Assembly: GCF_000012285.1 (NCBI RefSeq)
Contig: NC_007181.1
Coordinates: 150,001 to 182,000, forward strand
Length of the DNA stretch: 32,000 nt
Reading direction: 5' to 3'
From: Sulfolobus acidocaldarius DSM 639
Lineage (GTDB): Archaea > Thermoproteota > Thermoprotei_A > Sulfolobales > Sulfolobaceae
The notes below the pieces were generated by a model that had not been told where the DNA came from, made no database searches, and saw only the letters and a list, made by a program, of their open reading frames with translations. How positions within the stretch are numbered: position 1 is the stretch's first letter; every line of letters starts with the position of its first letter. The translations under genes were made by a program, and so were the position numbers. Positions 8,508-17,278 of the stretch are shown here, piece by piece.

Positions 8508-9587
8508 ATGGTATCTGCTATAGTTCTTGCAGGTGGATACGCAACTAGACTAAGACCATTAAGCTTAACAAAACCTAAAGCACTTCTTCCTGTACTAGGA
8601 AAACCATTAATGGACTATACACTCTACTCTCTAGCATCTTCAGACGTTGATACGATATATCTCTCCTTGAGGGTCATGGCTGATAAAGTTCTCGACCATG
8701 TTAAGCAGTTAAACTTACAGAAAAACATAGTTTCCGTTATAGAGGAGAGTAGGCTAGGAGATGCTGGTCCACTCAAATTCATAAATTCAAAGTATAACCT
8801 ATCTGATGACGTGATAGTGGTTTATGGAGACATATATGCTGAGATAGATTTCAATAAATTATTAGAATATCATCAGAGTAAAGGCTGTAATGCAACACTT
8901 ACAGCTACTCAAGTGGAGGATCCCTCTAGGTATGGCGTATTAATAACAGATGGTCATAGATTAATTCAGATTATAGAAAAACCCAAAACTCCATTAAGCA
9001 ACTTAGTAAATGCTGGAATATATGTATTTAAAAAAGAGTTATTAAACAAGATAGACGGCTTGTCTATAAGCAGAGACTTTTTACCGAAATTGTTGGTTTC
9101 TGATACCTGTGTATCAGTATATCCATATAAGGGGTTGTGGATGGACATAGGAGTTCCCAGGGACTATATGAGAATAAACCTAGAACTGTTGACACTAAAA
9201 TATCCAAAAGGGTTCATCTCACAAAGTGCTAAGGTAAGTGAGAAAGCAGAACTATTTCCCCCATTTTACATAGGCGATAATACGACCGTGGGTGAAGGCT
9301 CAAGTATTAGGAATTCGATAATCGGAGTAAATAACAGGATAGGGAATGGTAGCTGTGTCGAGGAGAGTATACTGATGAATGATGTGATGTTAGGTGATTT
9401 CTCTCTTATCAAGGAAAGTGTAATTGGTGATGAGGTAAGTCTAGGTAAATGGAATAGAGTAGATGGGGCAATAATCGGTGATGGCGTTTTAATACATGAT
9501 CAGGTGTTCATAAACAGGGATACAATAATATTGCCCGATAAGGAAGTTGCTGAGTCGGTATACGATAAAGGGAAAATAATACTTTGA
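8508..9587 (+). CDS. Sugar-1-phosphate nucleotidyltransferase (NDP-sugar pyrophosphorylase) with C-terminal left-handed beta-helix
   Basis: The N-terminus AIVLAGGYATRLRPLSLTKPKALLPV is the classic G-x-G-T-R-L nucleotidyltransferase motif. The C-terminus has hexapeptide-like repeats (IGDNTTVGEGSSI, IGVNNRIGNGSCV, IGDEVSLG, IGDGVLI). Confidence 0.85.
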   Translation: MVSAIVLAGGYATRLRPLSLTKPKALLPVLGKPLMDYTLYSLASSDVDTIYLSLRVMADKVLDHVKQLNLQKNIVSVIEESRLGDAGPLKFINSKYNLSDDVIVVYGDIYAEIDFNKLLEYHQSKGCNATLTATQVEDPSRYGVLITDGHRLIQIIEKPKTPLSNLVNAGIYVFKKELLNKIDGLSISRDFLPKLLVSDTCVSVYPYKGLWMDIGVPRDYMRINLELLTLKYPKGFISQSAKVSEKAELFPPFYIGDNTTVGEGSSIRNSIIGVNNRIGNGSCVEESILMNDVMLGDFSLIKESVIGDEVSLGKWNRVDGAIIGDGVLIHDQVFINRDTIILPDKEVAESVYDKGKIIL

Positions 9588-9624
9588 GCAAGGACTCCCC
9601 TTTTAATCTCAGTAGAATTTGTCA

Positions 9625-10275
9625 ATGAAATTGCCAGCATTACTCCCTATTTCTCTTTTTATAACTATCCTAATCCCACTCTGCATTTTTTCGATTGTCA
9701 CAGAGTCTTCAGTACATACTCTAGAGATCCTAATAAACGGTCCCTTACAGGTAACTATAACGCAGGGAAATAATTTCACTGTAATTAGCAAAACTACCTC
9801 ATTGAGATTACAGGGTAATATAACTATTCAAGCATCAACCCTTCAACCTGGATACCAGATATTCATTAATGGCATCAAGGCAAATACGCTAACCCTCAAT
9901 TCTTCATTGTATGATTTGATAAACGTGACCGCTGTCCCCACATATGTGGATCTTAAGGTAATTGTAAATAATGGTTCCAATGTACAAATAAGATTCGATA
10001 ACGGATCCTACATTAGTATAAAATCAAGTTCGCAATTCCTTGTAAGAAATGACTCTTATGTCTACATTACTACCCCAATAGGATCAAACAGTATTATAAA
10101 CAATGTCTCCACGAACTTTTACATACTATTTGTGACCAATGACTCAGTTGTAAATGTCACATTCGTGAAATCTCATGAATTAAACTCAAGCTCTTCTCCA
10201 TCGGTGGATTTGTTAGGTGTAGGCTTAGGGGTTATGGCGTTAGCCATCTATTTGATTATAAAGAGAAGGCAATAA
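9625..10275 (+). CDS. Secreted, C-terminally membrane-anchored protein rich in N-glycosylation sequons
   Basis: It has an N-terminal hydrophobic signal/TM segment, a C-terminal TM (LLGVGLGVMALAIYLII) followed by KRRQ, and 11 N-x-S/T sequons. ATG 9625 is preferred over the TTG at 9619. Confidence 0.6.
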   Translation: MKLPALLPISLFITILIPLCIFSIVTESSVHTLEILINGPLQVTITQGNNFTVISKTTSLRLQGNITIQASTLQPGYQIFINGIKANTLTLNSSLYDLINVTAVPTYVDLKVIVNNGSNVQIRFDNGSYISIKSSSQFLVRNDSYVYITTPIGSNSIINNVSTNFYILFVTNDSVVNVTFVKSHELNSSSSPSVDLLGVGLGVMALAIYLIIKRRQ

Positions 10276-10313
10276 TACATACTTTTTATTGTTAATATAC
10301 ATATATATCACGT

Positions 10314-12212
10314 ATGAATAGATTAGGTAACGTAAGTAGTGCATTTCTTAAACTATCCTCAGAGAGTCCTATTGATTGGTTTCCGTGGAGTGATGAGGCT
10401 TTTGATAAGGCAAAAAAAGAGGATAAGCCAGTATTGGTAGACGTTGGCGCTTCATGGTGTCACTGGTGCCACGTAATGGATGAGACAACTTATGAGGACA
10501 AGGAGGTCATCGATTTAATTAACAAAAACTTTGTTGCAATTAAAGTAGATAGGGATGAGATGCCTGACTTGGATAGGAGACTTCAGCTTGCTGTAAGCTC
10601 GATTACTGGAGAATCTGGTTGGCCTTTAACGGTATTTATGACACCTGATGGTAAGGTGTTTTTCGGCGGAACATATTTTCCTCCAGAGGACTCCTACGGT
10701 AGGGTTGGTTTCAAGAGACTTCTTAATGAGATTATAAGATTATGGAAGAATGAGAGGGATAAAATATTTCAGACTGCTAATTCTCTTCACTCTTCACTTC
10801 AGAATCTAGGATATCAAAAAGTTGAAGCCCAATGGGATCAAGTGGAGAGCATAGTGAGTTATATTGCATCAAATTTTGACTTTCAAAACGGTGGACTCTT
10901 AGGTAGTATGAAATTTCCTCACCCAACTATAGATCAGCTCTTAATTGCTTACTCTTTCTACACAAAGAGTGATACTGAGGCTAAACTTTCTATGTTTACG
11001 TTAAAGAAGATGTATTATGGTGGGATCTTTGACCAGGTCGGTGGTGGGTTTCATAGATACACCGTAGACAATGAATGGTACGTTCCGCATTTTGAAAAAC
11101 TCCTTATAGATAATGCTGAACTTCTAATTAGTTACACGCAGGCTTACATGCAAAGTGAGGATATTGAAATATTGGACGCGATGAATATGACTGTGAACTT
11201 CATTCTCAGGGAGTTAAGCACTGTGGATGGGTTTTCAAATAGTGTCGATGCGGACTCAGAAGGTGTAGAAGGGTTCTACTATACATGGACGTTAAAGGAG
11301 TTTCAGGAAGCTCTCGGTGGAGAAGATATTAACTTTTGGATCAGATTTTTCAATGTTGATACTGGAAAAGAAGTTGAAGGCAGAAAAGTGTTAAGAAGGA
11401 ATTATGATTTAAGAGAATTAAGTAAAAGGTTCAAGGATCCAATAGGTAAACTGAATGATGTTAGGGAAAGATTAAGAGTCTATAGAGAAGAGAGAAGAAA
11501 GTATCCCTTTATCGACACAAATGTATATACTCACTCTAACTGTAGAACAGCTGAGGCTTTAACATTAGCTTATCCAATTACAGGTAAAGGTTTAAATGAA
11601 GCCCTTAAGGTAATAGATATGATAAACACTAAGATTACTAGAAGACTAACGGGGGGTAAAGATGGCTTACCCGAAGATTATGCATCTGCTTTACTAGCCT
11701 TATTATCAGCCTATGAGGTAACAGGTAAAATGAAGTATAGAGATCTAGCCCTTAGGATAGGAAGAGAATTAAAGGAGATGGACTATAATTACCCTATTGA
11801 TTCTCCCAATGAGAGTAATGCGTCTTTAGCTAACAAAGGACTGCTGAAGTTATCGCTTTTAGATGAGTCATTTAAGTTTACTCCTAATTCTTATTCAATA
11901 GATTCCCCTTACATTGCAGGTGTAACATTTAACTCAATGGCTTTTGAGAAAGGTTTAGCTCATATTGTGGTAGTTGACGAAAAAGACGGTAAGGCTAAAG
12001 ATCTTCACCTATCTGCACTGAAAATATATCATCCTTTCAAGGTCGTGGAGCTCGTGAGTGAAGACTCTATAGATATGCTTCCCTCTTTTATAAAATCCAT
12101 GGTTAATTACAATAAAGGTTCCAGTAGAGTTTATGTGTGTATAGGTAATACTTGTAATTTACCGGTAGACTCTTCAGAGAAGATTAGATTATTATTAGGT
12201 GGTAAAACATGA
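10314..12212 (+). CDS. Thioredoxin-domain protein of the DUF255/YyaL (SPATA20-like) family
   Basis: N-terminus IDWFPWSDEAFDKAKKEDKPVLVDVGASWCHWCHVM, then GGGFHRY and an (alpha/alpha)6-like C-terminal region. Confidence 0.85.
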   Translation: MNRLGNVSSAFLKLSSESPIDWFPWSDEAFDKAKKEDKPVLVDVGASWCHWCHVMDETTYEDKEVIDLINKNFVAIKVDRDEMPDLDRRLQLAVSSITGESGWPLTVFMTPDGKVFFGGTYFPPEDSYGRVGFKRLLNEIIRLWKNERDKIFQTANSLHSSLQNLGYQKVEAQWDQVESIVSYIASNFDFQNGGLLGSMKFPHPTIDQLLIAYSFYTKSDTEAKLSMFTLKKMYYGGIFDQVGGGFHRYTVDNEWYVPHFEKLLIDNAELLISYTQAYMQSEDIEILDAMNMTVNFILRELSTVDGFSNSVDADSEGVEGFYYTWTLKEFQEALGGEDINFWIRFFNVDTGKEVEGRKVLRRNYDLRELSKRFKDPIGKLNDVRERLRVYREERRKYPFIDTNVYTHSNCRTAEALTLAYPITGKGLNEALKVIDMINTKITRRLTGGKDGLPEDYASALLALLSAYEVTGKMKYRDLALRIGRELKEMDYNYPIDSPNESNASLANKGLLKLSLLDESFKFTPNSYSIDSPYIAGVTFNSMAFEKGLAHIVVVDEKDGKAKDLHLSALKIYHPFKVVELVSEDSIDMLPSFIKSMVNYNKGSSRVYVCIGNTCNLPVDSSEKIRLLLGGKT

Positions 12213-12913
12213 GATTGAAGGGAAGAAGGGTTTTAATTGCAGGTACAAGTACAGGTTTAGGTTATGCTGTAGCCTATTTTAGTATAAACGAAGGTGCTGA
12301 GGTAGTTCTTAATGCCAGAAGTGAGAAAAAACTTGTGGAAATAGTAAAATCTTTGGGGGATAAAGCCAGCTATGTTGTAGGGGATGTCTCAACCCCCCAA
12401 GGGGCTAGGGATGTAGTTAGTAGGGCTGGAAACATAACTGATTTAGTGATCACAGTAGGTGGGTATTTAGAGGATACAGTGGAATCTCCAAGTGGATTAG
12501 ACGAAATGTTGAAAAACCACATAAAAACACCACTATATTTGGTTAATGCCTCGTTGGAAAAGCTTCATGAAGGTTCCACAATAGTTATGGTATCATCAAC
12601 TAGGGCATTATATACAGCATTGCCAAACCAACTGTCTTATGCAATTGCGAAATCGGGTTTAACCAAGGCAGTAGAGATCCTAGCATCTGAATTGCTGAAT
12701 AAGGGAATAAGGGTTGTTGGTGTAGCGCCAAGCTTTATAATGGGTGATTTCGTACCAGGTAGGGATTGGAGAAAGATGAGAAAATTAGGTGATGCAGGTG
12801 CACCGCCTGAAGATTTTGCTCAAGTTATAACATGGTTATTGAGTAATGAGGCACAATGGGTTAATGGAGTAGTTATTCCAGTTGATGGCGGTGCTAGACT
12901 GAAGTGGGTGTAG
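12209..12913 (+). CDS. Short-chain dehydrogenase/reductase (SDR)
   Basis: Cofactor motif AGTSTGLG and catalytic Y-x-x-x-K (YAIAK). ATGA overlap with the preceding gene. Confidence 0.85.
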   Translation: MRLKGRRVLIAGTSTGLGYAVAYFSINEGAEVVLNARSEKKLVEIVKSLGDKASYVVGDVSTPQGARDVVSRAGNITDLVITVGGYLEDTVESPSGLDEMLKNHIKTPLYLVNASLEKLHEGSTIVMVSSTRALYTALPNQLSYAIAKSGLTKAVEILASELLNKGIRVVGVAPSFIMGDFVPGRDWRKMRKLGDAGAPPEDFAQVITWLLSNEAQWVNGVVIPVDGGARLKWV

Positions 12914-12966
12914 AGTACATTCTTCTCTCTAGAGTGAATATATATTAGTTTTTTATAAGTAATACT

Positions 12967-13719
12967 ATGTTCAAGGTATTACTCGAGCCTGATTTACAGG
13001 AGGCTTTAATTTTCCTCAATGAATCGGTGAATGCTCTACTTACAATTTATTCTGAATGCGAAATCTTATATTCAGGCAGGGCTAAATCACGAGCCTCTCT
13101 CTCACCGAGACTTACAATTATCAAACCAGATGGGAGTGTTATAATCCACGGACCTACTAAAAGAGAGCCTGTAAATTGGCAACCTCCAGGATCGAGAATA
13201 GAGTACAGTATAGAGAGTGGAGTATTGACAGTAAATGCTGAAAGGAAGAGACCAAAGGAAAGACTCTCCATTCTGCACCACAGAGTCTACTATATTACCT
13301 CTTCAGAGGTTAAGCCTGGAGAGTTCTTTCTAGTGGGAAGAGAGAAGGATGAAGTGGACTTCATTATAAATAACCCTGATGTAATAGAGGGTGGATTTAA
13401 GCCAATTCACCGAGAGTATCGCACTCCCTATGGTACCGTAGACCTAATAGGGAAGGATAAAGAGGGTAATTTAGTTGTTTTAGAGTTTAAAAGAGCTAAA
13501 GCTTCGCTTCAGGCTGTATCTCAACTATATAGGTATATAATGTATTTTAAGGAGATTGGAGAGAACGCCAGAGGAATCCTAGTTGCGCCCGGTATCTCTG
13601 AGAACGCTTTAAATTTACTTAAGCGGTTAGAATTAGAGTATGTTAATATTTCTGATAAGCTCGGCGATAGTACTATTAGCAGACCTATTAATTACGTACC
13701 AAATTTACAGAGAGATTAA
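12967..13719 (+). CDS. nucS: Endonuclease NucS/EndoMS
   Basis: The 250-aa two-domain layout, with C-terminal RecB-like PD-(D/E)xK motif YGTVDLIGKD...LVVLEFKRAKA...QLYRY, is characteristic of NucS. Confidence 0.88.
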   Translation: MFKVLLEPDLQEALIFLNESVNALLTIYSECEILYSGRAKSRASLSPRLTIIKPDGSVIIHGPTKREPVNWQPPGSRIEYSIESGVLTVNAERKRPKERLSILHHRVYYITSSEVKPGEFFLVGREKDEVDFIINNPDVIEGGFKPIHREYRTPYGTVDLIGKDKEGNLVVLEFKRAKASLQAVSQLYRYIMYFKEIGENARGILVAPGISENALNLLKRLELEYVNISDKLGDSTISRPINYVPNLQRD

Positions 13720-14668
13720 GGTTCGAAGAGAGGTAAGTGGAAATCAAGGGGGCTTCGCTTCCGTAATTATTCCTGTTAGAGGTTTGGATGTAAACGCAGA
13801 GGAAAACCTCAAATCCCTTTTATCACAGGATTATTCAGCATATGAGGTAATCTATGTAGTCGATGACGAAAATGATCCCATAGTTCCTATCCTTAGGAAA
13901 TACAACGTGAAAGTTGTTGTAAGTAATAAAAACTGTGACATATGTAGTGGGAAAATAAATGCCCAGTTAGAGGGACTAAAACACGCAAGAGGGGATATAA
14001 TAGTATTTGCCGATTCAGATACATGGTTCCCTAAGTATTGGCTAAAAGAACTAGTATCCCCATTATCTAACTATGTTGCAACAACGGTGTTTTCATGGGC
14101 AAAGCCTGTTAGGCTTACAATCGGTAATATAATAAGGGCGGGATTTTGGACCTTAGGGTTCGAGAGCCAGGCTGTAGGGGGAACATTCCTTTGGGGAGGG
14201 TCTATGGCTTTCAAAAGGGAATTCTTCGACGAGAGGGTAATTCAGGAGTTAAAAACTCAGTGGTGCGATGATTGTACCTTAACAAGGATAGCCAAAGAAA
14301 GAGGAAAATTAGGTTTTGTATTCAACGCAATGCCGTTAAATTTCTACGACGAAACCCAATTGATAACATGGAGTAAAAGGCAACTAATAACAGTGTGGAG
14401 ATACTCAAGGAGGGGAGTCAATGGATTTATAATTGTAGCAATCTTCATGCTAGCTTTTCTCTTCTTGATACCCTTCAACGTATTTGCAATAACTCCCTTC
14501 ATCTTTTGGGTTTTTAAAAATATTTTGAGAAGTTATAAGATAGGTCTGTCCAATTCAATAATTCCTTCATTAGCCTCGATATTAGCAATATTTTACTCAT
14601 TGTTCTTAATCGCCTTAACTTTAAGAGAAAAGAATATTATATGGAGAGGTAAAATTTATAAAGTGTGA
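13640..14668 (+). CDS. Family-2 glycosyltransferase, membrane-bound (ceramide-glucosyltransferase-like topology)
   Basis: N-terminal TM, then SVIIPVRG, VDDENDP and FADSD (DxD) motifs, followed by C-terminal TM helices. The only start that retains the N-terminal TM is ATG 13640, which lies inside nucS. Confidence 0.8.
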   Translation: MLIFLISSAIVLLADLLITYQIYREIKVRREVSGNQGGFASVIIPVRGLDVNAEENLKSLLSQDYSAYEVIYVVDDENDPIVPILRKYNVKVVVSNKNCDICSGKINAQLEGLKHARGDIIVFADSDTWFPKYWLKELVSPLSNYVATTVFSWAKPVRLTIGNIIRAGFWTLGFESQAVGGTFLWGGSMAFKREFFDERVIQELKTQWCDDCTLTRIAKERGKLGFVFNAMPLNFYDETQLITWSKRQLITVWRYSRRGVNGFIIVAIFMLAFLFLIPFNVFAITPFIFWVFKNILRSYKIGLSNSIIPSLASILAIFYSLFLIALTLREKNIIWRGKIYKV

Positions 14669-15033
14669 ATAAGTGGAGATTGCTACTGATAATTGGAGTT
14701 TCCTTATTATTAATTGGAGTGGCTCTAGGAGATTTCATACTTTCTCAATCACTAAAGGAAATTGGCATACCACCAACATCCTCATATACAGTGAATAAGG
14801 GTTTAGTTTTAGTAGAAAACCAACAACTCGCCGCTTCTCCTAATAATCAAGTTCCCATAACAATTACCAGCCTGACTACGGATTACACTATAGTAAATTC
14901 CATGACGTCTGTGAAATCAATTACTATAATACAGTATCCACCACTACTTAATATCATATTTGGGATAATTATTGTAAGTTTAATAATAGTTCTAGTAGCT
15001 GGTCTAGTGATTTTATATAATAAACTTAAATAA
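14665..15033 (+). CDS. Small membrane protein (N- and C-terminal TM helices)
   Basis: The GTG start overlaps the GT2 stop (GTGTGA). It has two hydrophobic helices flanking a Ser/Thr/Asn-rich loop. Confidence 0.5.
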   Translation: MNKWRLLLIIGVSLLLIGVALGDFILSQSLKEIGIPPTSSYTVNKGLVLVENQQLAASPNNQVPITITSLTTDYTIVNSMTSVKSITIIQYPPLLNIIFGIIIVSLIIVLVAGLVILYNKLK

Positions 15034-15122
15034 GTGGACTTAAGGTTCTTGGGATCAAATTATTTAATGGTGAAGTCTTTTTGAATGACCCTACTTTGGT
15101 AATATTCATTATAGTAATATCA

Positions 15123-15578
15123 TTAACTCTTTTTACTCTCTAATGTGACCTCCTCTGCTATTCTAAAAAGATCCGGATATATCTCTCTCAGTCCACGCTC
15201 TAAGGCGTCCTTTGCAATCTTACTCATTTTAAATCCAGGAACTGTATGATACAAGTACTGTAGCACAAGAAAAGACGGATAACTCCATATCCCTATTTTA
15301 GGATCCCTATCTATGAACTTTTTCATTATTCCCTTTATGTTATCCACCTTGACCTCTGAATTTGAGTTTGGACTACTCTTCACTTCCTCTAAATCTTCCC
15401 TAGGGCTTTTTGAAGCGTCATTCTCATTAACCTTTTCCTGGGTTTCACTAGTTTTGGTCTCTGCTAATTTCTGGGTAGTAGACTTGGAAGTCTCCTGTCT
15501 GGACTCAACTTTCTGTTCACTAGCCTCTACTTTCTGTTCAGTCTTTTTTCTGTTTAAGATTAAGTCTAACTCACTCAT
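15123..15578 (-). CDS. segB: SegB-like DNA-binding partner of SegA (archaeal chromosome segregation)
   Basis: It follows segA directly with an ATGA overlap, as I remember for the Sulfolobus segAB operon. It has a low-complexity charged N-terminal half and a structured C-terminal half (IGIWSYPSFLVLQYLYH...AKDALERGLREIYPDL). Confidence 0.7.
   Translation of the reverse strand: MSELDLILNRKKTEQKVEASEQKVESRQETSKSTTQKLAETKTSETQEKVNENDASKSPREDLEEVKSSPNSNSEVKVDNIKGIMKKFIDRDPKIGIWSYPSFLVLQYLYHTVPGFKMSKIAKDALERGLREIYPDLFRIAEEVTLESKKS
15508..15540 (-). repeat. Tandem 21-nt (7-aa) duplication inside segB
   Basis: ACTTTCTGTTCA occurs at 15508-15519 and again at 15529-15540. It encodes EQKVEAS/EQKVESR. 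Confidence 0.8.
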
Positions 15579-16237
15579 CCTTCTATCACCACTTTAGCTA
15601 AGTCTTCATATAATTGTGAAAACTTAGGTCTCTTCACTCTAAATTCTTCATATCTAAGGGCTGGAACTCCGAGTCTAGTGGCTTCAGAGAAAAGTTTAGA
15701 CTGTGGGATTGATAAGTCTATACTCTTGACTGAAGGTAGCTCAAGCTTTACAGATTTCTTACTCATGTTCGTAAATGCTATTGCAGGTTTCCTTAGACCC
15801 TGCAGTCTAGAATCCAGATTCTTGGCAGCCTCTAGCACAAGGGGTTGTGGGGTAATTGGTGTAACTATCTTATCCCCAGCAATCATGGCAGAGACTGCTA
15901 ATGTGCCCAAGTTAGGGGGAGTATCTATGACTAGAAAGTCAAAGTTCTCGGCAAGTTTCTTAAGAGAGGAGACTATAGACTCTATATCACCATTGAGCTC
16001 TAGTTTGAGTAGACCAATATGTGCAAGAAATACTTCCACGTTAAATATATTCACACTTTTTCCTCCTAATGGATATTCCCTTTTTTCCCTCTTTATTCCA
16101 AATGATATTGTAGCTCCACCTTCGGGATCAAGGTCTAGTAATGCCGTATTTTTATTTTTGGATAAAGTGTAAGAGAGATTTACGGAGGTTGTAGTTTTCC
16201 CTACACCTCCTTTCTGATTGATGACAGTGATTATCAT
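15575..16237 (-). CDS. segA: SegA, ParA/Soj-type deviant Walker ATPase
   Basis: MIITVINQKGGVGKTTTSVNLS (deviant Walker A KGGVGKT) and Walker B FLVIDTPP. The 220-aa length equals what I remember for Sulfolobus SegA. Confidence 0.88.
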   Translation of the reverse strand: MIITVINQKGGVGKTTTSVNLSYTLSKNKNTALLDLDPEGGATISFGIKREKREYPLGGKSVNIFNVEVFLAHIGLLKLELNGDIESIVSSLKKLAENFDFLVIDTPPNLGTLAVSAMIAGDKIVTPITPQPLVLEAAKNLDSRLQGLRKPAIAFTNMSKKSVKLELPSVKSIDLSIPQSKLFSEATRLGVPALRYEEFRVKRPKFSQLYEDLAKVVIEG

Positions 16238-16238
16238 A

Positions 16239-16258
16239 TATAGACTCTTAACTCTATA
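16239..16258 (-). promoter_or_regulatory. Candidate operator between the segA TATA box and start codon (TATAGAGTTAAGAGTCTATA on the coding strand)
   Basis: Inverted outer arms TATAGA/TCTATA enclose a direct AGAGT repeat with 7-nt spacing. It lies at -2 to -21 relative to the segA ATG. Confidence 0.3.
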
Positions 16259-16261
16259 CCC

Positions 16262-16268
16262 TTTATTT
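16262..16268 (-). promoter_or_regulatory. TATA-like box (AAATAAA) of segAB
   Basis: Located -25 to -31 from segA ATG 16237, which fits a leaderless transcript. Confidence 0.45.
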
Positions 16269-16309
16269 CAGATTCTTCTCATAATACACCGTAGTCTGGA
16301 GTGAAAAAT

Positions 16310-17278
16310 CTAAAGTAAATCCACTAGGTGAATAGGTTTTAAACCCATTTTTATAAAGGCGAGTGTGCATGACGGATTTGTTGAAATCACAGTATTAACC
16401 CCACTCTTCATTACTTTCTCCTTCTTTCTACTCATTACATCAGAGGATATCTGTTTGTTAAAGAATATTTGTGAACCTCCAGCACCACATTCGAAGTAAG
16501 GATCGTCAGAATCCATTATTGTCAAACCTAGTTTCTCAGCCATCTTCCTTATATAACCTTCAATACCGACAACGTGGGCATGACAGGGATAATGTATGGT
16601 AACTTTTTCATTAACTTTAGGTAATGGCAAATTTTTAGATAGTACAAACTCAGGGAAGTCATACACATCTAACCCATTCTCTTTCATAAAAGCACTGCAA
16701 TTGGAGGAAAGAGACACAACTGTCTTTCCCTTAAACTCCTCTCTTAGCTTTTGAACAATATCCATGGCTCTCTTGTTCTCACCTACATGTGAGTGAGCTA
16801 AACCACAGCAAGTATTAATGACTTTTACGTTGTACCCTAGACCTTTGAAGTATTTCACTGCTTTCTCTACACTACTTCTAGATATAACTGAGGTTAAACA
16901 TCCTGGAAATATTATTAAATCTTCATTCTGGTCTCTGTACTCTAGAGGAAGGCTGGTCTCCACTCCCATTCCTATTTTCAGAGGTAAGGCTAATGATGAG
17001 GGTTTTTCAAGTAATCTTAACATAGATCTTTCCAATGGGTTAGACTTTCTTGAATTTACGAATATCTCTGAGTACTTCACCCCACTTGGACAGGCTATTT
17101 CACATTTTCTACAAAACATGCAGGTCTTAAGACCTTCACTGTCTATTCCTAATTTTACAGCAGTTATCCTACCTCTTGGTGAGTGTATTTCTGATCTAGT
17201 TACAACATAAGTTGGGCAAGACTCTAGACAAAATCCACAATGAACACATTTTAGAGCTTCCTCTAATCCCATTCCCAC
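16310..17278 (-). CDS. GlcF-like iron-sulfur subunit (2x 4Fe-4S ferredoxin motifs plus CCG domains)
   Basis: CVHCGFCLESCP and CMFCRKCEIACP cluster motifs, plus FPGC, CCGLAH, YPCHAH and CGAGG CCG-domain motifs. It overlaps the upstream FAD oxidase gene. Confidence 0.8.
   Translation of the reverse strand: MGMGLEEALKCVHCGFCLESCPTYVVTRSEIHSPRGRITAVKLGIDSEGLKTCMFCRKCEIACPSGVKYSEIFVNSRKSNPLERSMLRLLEKPSSLALPLKIGMGVETSLPLEYRDQNEDLIIFPGCLTSVISRSSVEKAVKYFKGLGYNVKVINTCCGLAHSHVGENKRAMDIVQKLREEFKGKTVVSLSSNCSAFMKENGLDVYDFPEFVLSKNLPLPKVNEKVTIHYPCHAHVVGIEGYIRKMAEKLGLTIMDSDDPYFECGAGGSQIFFNKQISSDVMSRKKEKVMKSGVNTVISTNPSCTLAFIKMGLKPIHLVDLL

Noticed and set aside
8498-8508. AAATTATATAA TATA-like string directly abutting ATG 8508
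   Set aside because: It cannot drive a transcript starting upstream of that ATG, and the N-terminal G-x-G-T-R-L motif requires that start. The real promoter is probably further upstream, or the gene is read through from sod. It is unresolved and was not reported as a feature.
15313-16172. 94-aa and 164-aa ORFs antisense to segB and segA
   Set aside because: These are shadow ORFs of well-supported genes. They are low-complexity Ser/Leu/Phe-rich translations with no plausible promoter context.
15034-16309. Replication origin or ORB-type repeats near segAB
   Set aside because: I saw no repeated ORB-like elements, extended AT-rich unwinding region or cdc6/orc1 gene in or beside the locus.
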